This document shows positions 52,932 through 62,693 of a stretch of 64,000 nt of DNA, one piece after another. The translations under genes and the position numbers were made by a program. Position 1 is the first letter of the stretch. Each line of letters begins with the position of its first letter. The notes beneath the pieces are model-generated. The model was not told where the DNA came from. It saw nothing but the letters and a program-made list of their open reading frames with translations, and ran no database searches. Where the stretch lies: assembly GCA_032718475.1 (NCBI GenBank), contig JAUCBJ010007881.1:1-64000 (forward strand), given 5' to 3'. This DNA is from Nemertoderma westbladi. Its lineage: Eukaryota; Animalia; Xenacoelomorpha.

Positions 52932-55900
52932 ATGAGTCGGTCAGGTGACACGACACCGACGCGGACCCCGGACGAAGAGCTAACGATCCGCGAGGCCGCA
53001 ACCAGGCGATACAGGCCCACAACGCCGGACCCATCGGTAACGGGTCATCCGGCAGTTCAGGACGAGGGGGGCCTGGAACCCGAGGTCGAACCGAGAGAAA
53101 GAGAGAGCGAGACGGAGGGAGACGGAGACGAGTCGACACGGGACGGGGGTCGACGCACCGGTGTCGCCGGCCAGCCACAGGCCGAGGGCGACGAGCGGCC
53201 TGCCGAAACGGCGACGGTGGGGCCGACGGTGCGGCCCCGGACGCAGAGAGACGAAGGAGATATCGGTACCGATGTCGCCGGCCAGCCACAGGCTGAGGGC
53301 GACGGACGGCCCGCCGGAACGGCGACGGTGGGGCCGCCGGTATGACGTCGGACCCGGAGAGACGGACGAAAGATCGGCGACGAGGACGTCGGGGTTTCTG
53401 ATCGACTCCGACAGGCCTACAACGCGACCCAAAGACTAATAAAGGACGCTAAGAAGGAAGGGGCGGAGATAGACGAGGTGAGACTGAGGAAACGACTAGG
53501 TGAGTCGGATAGACACTTTAATTACCTAATGCGTTTTGGGCAGAGGGAACTAGCCGAGGAGAGAGCAAAAGGGGTTGCCAGCGAACTGTTTGAACTATGG
53601 GAATGTGGGAGTATGGAACCTAGTGTAGCGTCAGTGTACATAGGGCCATACTTGGTCGATGCCCGGGGAGTAAAATTAGTGGGTTGGAACAGACCTGAGG
53701 AGGGCGAATCCGAGGCTGACCCCGCGGATTCGGTCTCGTCGGTCAGAGGGAGTTCCGGGAGGAGGGGGAGAGCTAGTAGATCGGGAAGGCGGAGGGAATC
53801 CTCCACAACCGATAAGTCTGCTACATCCTCCGCAAAAGAAAGACGGGTGAGAGAGATAGACGCTAGGTACCGTCTCAATCTAGCAGTGCAAGGTAATAGA
53901 GAAGTAGGTAGACGGCTAGAGGAAGGGAGAGTGCTGCTGGAGAGGGAAATGGCGTCGATTGGAGAGATAAGAGAGAGGGCCGAAAGGGCCGTGAGGAGCC
54001 TTAGGGAGTATGATGAAATAGAGTTGAAGGAACAAGAAGAGCGTGTGGCGAGAGAGAAAAGCGAACGCGAGAAGCGTGAAGCGAAGGAGGAAAGTGAACG
54101 CAGAGAGCGTGAAGCGAGGGAGGAGAGTGAGCGTAGAGCGCGTGAGGCGAGGCGAAGGGAGGGGATTAGGAGAGAGATGAAATTGGCCAAGCAGACCGAA
54201 AGGGAGGCTATGGATAAAATAGCAAAAGTGGAGCGTGAGCGAAAAGAATTGGAGAAACAGCGAGACAAACTCGTAGAGTATGAAGCTGTACACACGCGTG
54301 AGGTGGAACTGGCGCAGATGGGGGAGTCTGAGAGCGAGGCTGGCTCGAGTATTTTTGAGGAGCCGGGGGCCGTGGATACATTTATTAATACCCCACTTAC
54401 AGGGACCGCACGACAGACCCAAAACTGGTGTGACCGTACGGGCGGGGGGGGTAATAATGATAATGGTACAGTAGACGTGGTTAATATTAATAGTACCGTA
54501 TGGGACAATTCTAATCAAACCTTTATTGCAGGAAATACTTTACCTAGTGGTAGTAATTTAAATTTAAATCAGAACATTCCTAATATTAATGTAGAAAATA
54601 ATTCTAATATTAATGTAGCTACGCAAAATAATCCAATTAATCAAAGTAATAACCCAAATTCGAACTTACAAAATAATTTTAAGTAATGCAATAACACAAA
54701 ATAATCCAAATAACTTAAATAATTCAGCGAGCCCGAATTTACAAAATAATTCAGATAGTGTAGTCGCGCAAGATAATTCAAATGATTTTATTCCGAACGA
54801 ACAAATTAATTCCGTTTCCAATACGGGTGCTATTAATGTAAACACGTCGGGCGTGTATGGCCAGACAGACGAGGGCCTGGTAGGCCACGTAGTTGGTAGG
54901 CAGGGAATAGCTGGGTTAGGTAGACCCGGCGAGGGCCTGGTAGGCCACGTAGTTGGTAGGCAGGGAGTAGCTGGGTTAGGTAGACCCAGCGAGGGCCTGG
55001 TAGGCCACGTAGTTGGTAGGCAGGGAGTGGCTGGGTTAGGTAGACCCAGCGAGGGCCTGGTAGGCCACATAGTTGGTAGGCAGGGAGTAGAGGGCCTGGT
55101 AGGCCACGCAATAGCAGAGGGAGAGGCGGGGGTGAATAGACCCGACCGCGGTAGGGTTGATGTGTCGACTGGAGAGGGATATAGTAGCGGGGTGAGGAGT
55201 AGCGAAGTTAGATGTGGCGAGTGGGGGGGGGGGGGCTACGAGAACCCCACAACAGCGAGTTAGCGGCGAAAGGGGGGGCAGAGAGTGTCCCACAGCCGTC
55301 AGCGGATAATGCGCGGGCCAAAATAGGTAAACCGCAACAACCGGCGACGGAAAGTAATAGGGGGATTGCGAGTATCCCCAGCGGCGTGCGACCGAGCAGA
55401 GAGAGACAGGTTGACGTCGTAAGAGGGCGGACGAAGCGTCGAGCCCGATCAGAAGAGGGAAGAAGAACAGTGGGGTTTAACCGGGAGGTCGACGAGAGAT
55501 CTCACGAGCGGGAATACTCCACTGAAAGGAGAAGAAGAGAAGACAGTAGTAGAGGTATCGCCGCGAACGATAGAAGAGCGAGGACGGATAGTGAGCCGTC
55601 GGTAGTTGAGATGAGAACGGAGAGTCAGTGGGGTCGGACTCCGGGAGATTGCCGTCGCCCCGGAGAGATGCGACCCGGCGAGGCGCACTACGCGCCGATG
55701 GAGGGGTACGCGATGTACCGGTACGAAGACGAGAACAGTAGAGGGGGGGGGTCGAAGAGAAACTTTCCGATGGAATACACCTATTGATCGAGAATACGGT
55801 AGCCGCGGGGAGGATTATTCGAGAAGAATAAACTTCGATCCCGAGCGACACATGCAGACTGTAGGACATACTGTAGGCCTTACTGCACATACCATAGGCC

Positions 55901-56087
55901 ATACTGAGAGAGGCAATGTAGGCGATAGGATGGCGTGGACAACGTGATTAAACCCGGAAGTCGCGGAATACATACCGGCGAGTAGGCCAGAAGCTGATAG
56001 GCCTATACCGGTACCAGCACAGCAGTATGACTACAGCATGCAGGGACATAACATATACCCAGGGGAGGGGGGAATTATTGCGGATAG
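52932..56087 (+). pseudogene. Long disrupted N-terminal gag extension of C (coiled coil, Asn-rich region, 20-aa repeats)
   Basis: ORFs 52932-53345 and 53478-54686 share a frame across one TGA; later frameshifts fall at T/G homopolymers; 60-bp repeat EGLVGHVVGRQG at 54870-55110. Confidence 0.7.
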
Positions 56088-59000
56088 GTGTATGGGCCCC
56101 AACATATTAACATCAACCCCAGTACCAAACATACCGGTGGGGGGGGGGGACAGGGTGACATTCCCCCATCACAATATCAACAATATACCCCGATAGGGGC
56201 AAGAACAACGAGACCCTTGGATGAGAATAGGTCGTGTGATACAGACATATGGAGGGGGCCGCTACCCCCGATGACATACCCAAGTCAGAGAAAGTCAAGA
56301 AATAGGACAGACGGAACGCACCAGACAGGAGAAACTATGCAGCACCCATCGAATCCATTGGAAGCGCAGGCGATGGGGATGGCCACGTTGATCGATGCGT
56401 TGAAAACGAGGATCGAGTTACCACCCGTGGAACCATTCAAATTCGATGGGAGCAGGCCGGAAGAATATCTACAGTTTCGGCGCATGTATAGTAACGAAAT
56501 ACTAACAAAGAACTTGACGCAGGCGGAGTGCCTAAAGTATCTGCAAGTGTACACGGGAGGCCCAGCATACGACATCGTGAGGCAATATCAAGGAATAGAG
56601 GGCGGCTTCACGACAGCATGGCGGGCACTGGATAGGGAATACGGGCACCCGGCCAAGATCATCAGGCAGACGCTGAGAGGCATAACATCGGGTGGCCTAC
56701 AGGATAATCCCGTTAGCATTAAGACGTTCGCTAACAAAGTCGAAAAGGCGCTAATCGTGCTGAAGACGCTAGACGCGCCGTACGAGCTCAATGCGTCCAA
56801 CAACATCACCACGATAGCGCAGGCACTACCAAACTGGCTGCGCAACAAGTGGAGAAAAATCGCCTTCTCCACTCGAGATAAGAAGGGTGCGGAACCGGGT
56901 TTAGAAGAAATGTCAAACTTCTTAAACTACGAGGCTGAACTAATAACTGACCCAGTCTATAGCGAAGACAGCCTGGGAAAGGGACCGAAGACAGACTACC
57001 ATAGACCGAAACCAGAGCACAACACATCGAACGCATTACCGAGACTCAGGCAATCATTGCCATATGCAGCGACGCAGGGGACTGCAAGTCCACAGCTAGC
57101 CGAGGATAAGACAACATCATGGAACGGACAGGGAAACAATAATAACACGAATAAACATAACCCCAGTACGTCCAATAGGCAAAACCCAAACAATAAGAAT
57201 AGTAGGGACTTTGGTACGAACGCAACTGCGATACGCAATGCACTGTATAAAGAGGGCTACGACCCAAAGAGCAAATGTCAGCTACACGCAAATGCGCTTC
57301 ATCAAACTATGAACTGCAGGTACTGGCAGGCGCTACCTAGGCAAGATCAGATAGACTACGCGTTCAGCAATAAAATCTGCTCGCGATGTGTAATGAGTGG
57401 ACATAGAGCAAGGGAGTGCAAGGAGAAGCCAATGAAATTTGGTCAAAGGAGAGGCCAAACGATGGCGACGAGCACAGTAGGGGCGAAGAAGAGAGGAACG
57501 GTGCTACTTGGAGTAGTACCAGTACGAGTGATCGGGGAAGGCAATCGATCAGTAACAACACTAATGCTGGTTGATAGTGGAGCTGCCTTCACATTAGTCG
57601 AGGAATGGGTGGCCGAGGAGATAGGATTGAGAACGAGGCCAAGCAGGATGGCGGTAACAACCATCTCTAGCAAAGATGAGATCCTGGAGATGAGAACAGG
57701 ACGGTGCGCAATTGCAGCAGTGGCACCAGGATGCGACTATGGGGCAACCATCGACCCCATTCAAGTGATAGAGTCAATTAATATCAATGCCAGGCGGCCA
57801 ACCAACATCGAGGTCGAGCAGTATAAATTCCTGGACAACATTGACTTCTCAATCCCAGACGTGGACGTTAGGAAGGTATCCATCATAGTAGGTATGGACT
57901 GCCCAACGGCCCACGAAAGAATGCAAACGGTCTTCGGCGAAGACAAGCAGAGTGACCCGGTGGCCATATTAACACCATTCGGGTGGACGCTGAGTGGTCC
58001 AATCAAGAGCAAGATACCATTTAGGATGTCGGAGACATCAGGATGCATGTTCGCGGGAACAATGCAGGAAATGGGTGACGAGGGAGCAGAGGAGCAGCTC
58101 AAAAGACTGCTCAGACAAGATTTCGAGGGACTGAAAGAAACCGGGGTCGGGACCTCGGTAGAAGACAAGCAGGCTTTACAAAGCGTGGAGGAATCGATGA
58201 CATGCAATGAGGGGCGGTATACTATAGGAATGGTATGGAAACTACCGAAGATACCGCTGCCCGACAATAGGGGGATGGTACTCACGAGACTCCGCAAGCT
58301 GAAACAAACACTAAAACGGAGCCCCGAGAAGAATGAGTACATCCACAGGACGATTAAGAAGTACGTCGAGAAAGGATGGGCCGTGGAGTTACCGGTCGAC
58401 GAGCCGAACACGGATAGGACATATTACCTGCCACTGCACGTGGCTTTAGATCCAAAGAAAGGTAAACTAAGGATGGTAGTCGACGCATCGGCAAAGACCG
58501 ACGGAAAGTGCTTAAACGACTACCTGTTAGAAGGCCCAAACATATACAATTCGGGCATAGAGGTGTTACTTAGATTTAGAAATGGGAAACACGCCTTCAC
58601 GTGTGACATAGAAGGCATGTTCAACCAAGTCCGTGTAACGGAAGAAGATAGCGACAGTCAACGCTTCTTATGGTATAACGGCGAGGAAGAACCGTCGATA
58701 ATACCGGCATATAAGATGGTAGTACAGAACATGGGGGCCAAGTCGTCTTCATTTACGACGACTATGGCAGTGAGAGACACAGTAAAGGGGAGGGAAGATA
58801 GATACAGCAGTAGGGCCGTCGATATGATTCGACGCGGCTTCTACGTAGACGACGGAATGGAGTCTGGAAATACGGTTAAGGAGATACTGGATACAGGGCG
58901 CGAGGTTCGCGACATCCTAAAAGGATCCGGCTTTAACCTGACCAAATTCCAATCCAGTTCGGAAGAATTTATCAAAGCCATAGAGGACAGGAAACCAGAA

Positions 59001-61481
59001 TCGACCATGGATAATCCCACAACAGCCAAAGGGCAGGACATGGCGATTAAGAGAACGGAATCCCAGCAGAAGGCATTGGGAATCGTGTGGGATAGAAAGA
59101 CAGACGAACTGAAGTATCAGCTGAGCCAGGAGGGCGCAGACATCCACACGAAGAGGGGCTATGTATCGTATATAGCAAGGATATACGATCCCCTAGGCCT
59201 AGCATCCCCATTATTAGTCACGGGGAAACAGATACTCAAGAGAGTATACAAATTGAAAGATGAGTGGGACGTAGAGGTACCAGAGGAAATCAAGAAACAG
59301 TGGAGCAAGTGGACAGGAAACTTGGAGAAGATGGGAACATACAACATGCCAAGGGTGTATTTCCCGGATGGGAACATGACGAATCTGGACCTACACATGT
59401 TCTCCGACGCGTCGTTGGAAGCGTACGGAGCGGCACTCTACTTAGTACAACGAGAGGGGGCTCATAAGCCAAGACTAGCCTTTAGTAAAGCAAAGTCAAC
59501 GCCACCAGATTCAGCATCAGTTCCCAAGTTAGAATTGACAGCTGCGAGACTAGGAGTAAGAGCCACAGCCTACCTAGTGGATACTATTCCCAACATAGTG
59601 GAGACACACTACTGGACGGACTCCATGGTAGTGCTTGGTTGGCTACATAACGAAAGGACGAGATACCCGATATTCGTCGCGAATAGAGTGGACGAAATAA
59701 GGGCGAGCACAGAACTGGAAAGGTGGCACTACTGCCCAACAGACGAGAACCCAGCGGACTTGCTGTCGAGGGGCGTGGAACGCCACACTTTCCTGAAGAA
59801 GGAAGTATTGTGGCAACATGGGCCACAATTTCTGAGCGATAGGGAGGCCTGGCCGCCGATGAGGAAGGTGGACCCGGGCTCGGAAGTAGTATCAGAAGGA
59901 GAAGAGGGAGATTCAGAGGGAGAAGAGATATACTCCCAGATGGTGAGGGAGATTAGGGACGTGCAACCAGGACGGGAACTGTGCGATAACCCGACGGATA
60001 AACTCCTCAGCTACAGTTCTAGTTGGTATAAGACCAAGAAACTAGTGGCGTACTGGAGAGCCTTCGGGAATTTCCTTGCGGGAGTCGGCAAGGACAAGAA
60101 GATCAGGACAACCATAGATCTGGAAGGAGCGGCCAAGGCAGTGATCCGCTATGAACAACGGAAGAACTACGGCGACGAGGTGGAACGCATCGGTAACCAA
60201 CAGCACCTCCGACGGGACAGCGAGCTGATTACGCTGTCGCCACAACTCAATGACGATGGGATTCTAGTAATGAATTCTAGGGTGGGATACAACAACAGCA
60301 TAGTCGTACCACCGAAACCCATCATCATTCCTACAGGATCGCCAATAGTCCACCAGATCATATGGGACTCCCACAAATCGATATTACATGGGGGCACCAA
60401 CCGAACCCTCACAGAGATAAGGAGGACCTATTGGGTCAAACAACTGAGGAAGAAGGTAAAAGCAGTAGTGGGGCAGTGCCAGACCTGCCGACGAGCGAAG
60501 AAGGAGCGAGCTGTACAGGAGATGGCGCCACTACCGGCGAGTAGGGTAAGACAGCACGACCCGCCATTTACGCATTGCGGTGTGGACATGTTCGGGCCGA
60601 TAAAGATCAAAGTGATGCGACACACAGAGAAACGCTACGGCATTATCTTCGTATGCAACAATACGCGGGCGGTAGGGATAGAACTCGCCCAAGATGCAAC
60701 CGCATCAGCGTTCATTAACGCCTTAGAAAGGTTTAGGGACCGCAAAGGTGGGACGATCGCAGTGATATACAGCAACAACGGCACCAACTTTGTGGGCGCA
60801 GAGAGTGAGATGGCAGAGGCCTTGGACATCTTGGAGGGAGAAGAAGTCAAGGCAGCCATGAGGAGACGACAAGTAAAGTGGGAGAGAAGGACGCCGTATG
60901 CACCACATACACTAGGATGCGTCGAGAGACTGGTGGGCAGTTCAAAGCGTCTAATGACGAAGCTAATGAACACCCACATGGTCACTGAGGACGTCTTACG
61001 GACAGTACTTGCGAAGTGCGAGGGGATCATTAATAGCAGACCGCTATATCCGGAGAATGATGACCCTGAGTCACTAGACGTGCTGACGCCTAGCCATTTC
61101 CTGATGGAAAGGCCAGTGACCATCGATATGCGGGGTGTAGACCCAGATGACATACACTCCCGCCAAAGTTGGAAAGTCGCAAAGGCAATAAGCGCAGAGT
61201 ATTGGAGGAGGTGGGTCGAGGAATACCTACCCACACTCCATAAACGAAGCAAGTGGAGGAAGTCAAACAGGGAGTTAAGAGAGGGAGATCTCGAAATCGT
61301 TACGGATGATACTATCATCAACAACCAATGGCGGTTGGCGAGAGTTGTAGGCACCTACTCCGACGAGGACGGAAGAGTCCAATCGGTAGAAGTGCGGATA
61401 GGTGGAAAGATAGGTGCGAAGGACAGAAAAACCTACAGGAGAGCTGTAGGCAAATGCTGTCTATTAGAAGGGGCACCTTAG
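56088..61481 (+). CDS. BEL/Pao Gag-Pol of C (gag core, protease, RT, RNase H, integrase)
   Basis: KFDGSRPEEY; CSRC..GH..C; LVDSGA; YYLPLH..LRMVVDAS..FYVDD; FSDAS..PKLEL; HHCC; GVDMFGP; SNNGTNF; VERL; WVEEYL. Confidence 0.95.
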   Translation: MYGPQHININPSTKHTGGGGGQGDIPPSQYQQYTPIGARTTRPLDENRSCDTDIWRGPLPPMTYPSQRKSRNRTDGTHQTGETMQHPSNPLEAQAMGMATLIDALKTRIELPPVEPFKFDGSRPEEYLQFRRMYSNEILTKNLTQAECLKYLQVYTGGPAYDIVRQYQGIEGGFTTAWRALDREYGHPAKIIRQTLRGITSGGLQDNPVSIKTFANKVEKALIVLKTLDAPYELNASNNITTIAQALPNWLRNKWRKIAFSTRDKKGAEPGLEEMSNFLNYEAELITDPVYSEDSLGKGPKTDYHRPKPEHNTSNALPRLRQSLPYAATQGTASPQLAEDKTTSWNGQGNNNNTNKHNPSTSNRQNPNNKNSRDFGTNATAIRNALYKEGYDPKSKCQLHANALHQTMNCRYWQALPRQDQIDYAFSNKICSRCVMSGHRARECKEKPMKFGQRRGQTMATSTVGAKKRGTVLLGVVPVRVIGEGNRSVTTLMLVDSGAAFTLVEEWVAEEIGLRTRPSRMAVTTISSKDEILEMRTGRCAIAAVAPGCDYGATIDPIQVIESININARRPTNIEVEQYKFLDNIDFSIPDVDVRKVSIIVGMDCPTAHERMQTVFGEDKQSDPVAILTPFGWTLSGPIKSKIPFRMSETSGCMFAGTMQEMGDEGAEEQLKRLLRQDFEGLKETGVGTSVEDKQALQSVEESMTCNEGRYTIGMVWKLPKIPLPDNRGMVLTRLRKLKQTLKRSPEKNEYIHRTIKKYVEKGWAVELPVDEPNTDRTYYLPLHVALDPKKGKLRMVVDASAKTDGKCLNDYLLEGPNIYNSGIEVLLRFRNGKHAFTCDIEGMFNQVRVTEEDSDSQRFLWYNGEEEPSIIPAYKMVVQNMGAKSSSFTTTMAVRDTVKGREDRYSSRAVDMIRRGFYVDDGMESGNTVKEILDTGREVRDILKGSGFNLTKFQSSSEEFIKAIEDRKPESTMDNPTTAKGQDMAIKRTESQQKALGIVWDRKTDELKYQLSQEGADIHTKRGYVSYIARIYDPLGLASPLLVTGKQILKRVYKLKDEWDVEVPEEIKKQWSKWTGNLEKMGTYNMPRVYFPDGNMTNLDLHMFSDASLEAYGAALYLVQREGAHKPRLAFSKAKSTPPDSASVPKLELTAARLGVRATAYLVDTIPNIVETHYWTDSMVVLGWLHNERTRYPIFVANRVDEIRASTELERWHYCPTDENPADLLSRGVERHTFLKKEVLWQHGPQFLSDREAWPPMRKVDPGSEVVSEGEEGDSEGEEIYSQMVREIRDVQPGRELCDNPTDKLLSYSSSWYKTKKLVAYWRAFGNFLAGVGKDKKIRTTIDLEGAAKAVIRYEQRKNYGDEVERIGNQQHLRRDSELITLSPQLNDDGILVMNSRVGYNNSIVVPPKPIIIPTGSPIVHQIIWDSHKSILHGGTNRTLTEIRRTYWVKQLRKKVKAVVGQCQTCRRAKKERAVQEMAPLPASRVRQHDPPFTHCGVDMFGPIKIKVMRHTEKRYGIIFVCNNTRAVGIELAQDATASAFINALERFRDRKGGTIAVIYSNNGTNFVGAESEMAEALDILEGEEVKAAMRRRQVKWERRTPYAPHTLGCVERLVGSSKRLMTKLMNTHMVTEDVLRTVLAKCEGIINSRPLYPENDDPESLDVLTPSHFLMERPVTIDMRGVDPDDIHSRQSWKVAKAISAEYWRRWVEEYLPTLHKRSKWRKSNRELREGDLEIVTDDTIINNQWRLARVVGTYSDEDGRVQSVEVRIGGKIGAKDRKTYRRAVGKCCLLEGAP

Positions 61482-61596
61482 TAAAGTTACAGAAAAGTTT
61501 AGTCGTCCAAGTTTTGGACTGAGGGGGGTGGGATTGAGGGCGAGACGCCCTTCCCACAAACAAAATAATAAAATAAAAAAAAATAAAATAGTACAT

Positions 61597-62212
61597 GGTA
61601 GGTACGCAGTTAGTAGGCAGAGAGTTAGTAAGAAGGTACGTAGTACCTAGTTAGTTAGTTAGTTAGGAGGTACGTAGTACCGCCAGTTAGAGAGTTAGTT
61701 AGAGGGTACGTAAGTACCGTTAGTTAGTTAGTTAGTTAGTTAGGAGCTACGTAGTACCGCCAGTTAGAGAGTTAGTTAGAGGGTACGTAAGTACCGTTAG
61801 TTAGTCAGAGAGTTAGAGGGTACGTAGTACCGCTAGTTAGTTAGAGTTAGAGGGTACGTAGTACTGATAGTTAGTTAGAGAGTTAGAGGGTACGTAAGTA
61901 CCGCTAGTTAGTCAGAGAGTTAGAGGGTACGTAAGTACCGCTAGTTAGTTAGAGAGTTAGAGGGTACGTAGTACCGATAGTTAGTTAGAGAGTTAGAGGG
62001 TACGTAGTACCGATAGTTAGTTAGAGAGTTAGAGGGTACGTAAGTACCGCTAGTTAGTTGGAGGATTAGAGGGTACGTAAGTACCGCTAGTTAGTTAGAG
62101 AGTTAGAGGGTACGTAGTACCGATAGTTAGTTAGAGAGTTAGAGGGTACGTAAGTACCGTTAGTTAGAAGAGTTAGAGTTAGAGGGTACGTAGTACCGTT
62201 AGTTAGAAGAGA
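61597..62212 (+). repeat. ~34-37-bp tandem array, about 16 units, each with a GGTAC-GTA(A)-GTACC hairpin
   Basis: Unit GTTAGTTAGAGAGTTAGAGGGTACGTA(A)GTACCGCTA. Confidence 0.92.
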
Positions 62213-62693
62213 GAGAGTAAGAGGTAAAAGGGGATATAGATATAGGTATTAGTTAGCAGTTAGTAGAGAGAGGGGGGCATATGAGTACAGCTGGATAAAT
62301 CGTGTGGCCACACGACGCATACTGCTGTACTGCATAGACCCACAGAGTAGGCCAGAATGTGGATTAGAGAATAGAATAATCCATAGGCAGTAGTAAGTAG
62401 TAGGACAGTAGAATCAAAGTAAATGGATAAATAAATAGAATAGGGCTGAAAGTTGTAAAATAGTGGCAACATAAGGGAAGTTATTCTAGAACATAATAAA
62501 AGTAACGGACAGAAATTGTAAATTACGCTCATTTACTAGCTTCAAAATTAATTAGGAATAATTTAGGTTAAAAGGCGCAGTTAAGTAGGAAATAGGCCAT
62601 TATCGAACTGTACAGAACATCCTAGATACATCACTCATCTGTATTGCGCCTTGGTAAGGCACCACCTTGCAGGTGAGCGAGTGAACGTTCGGA

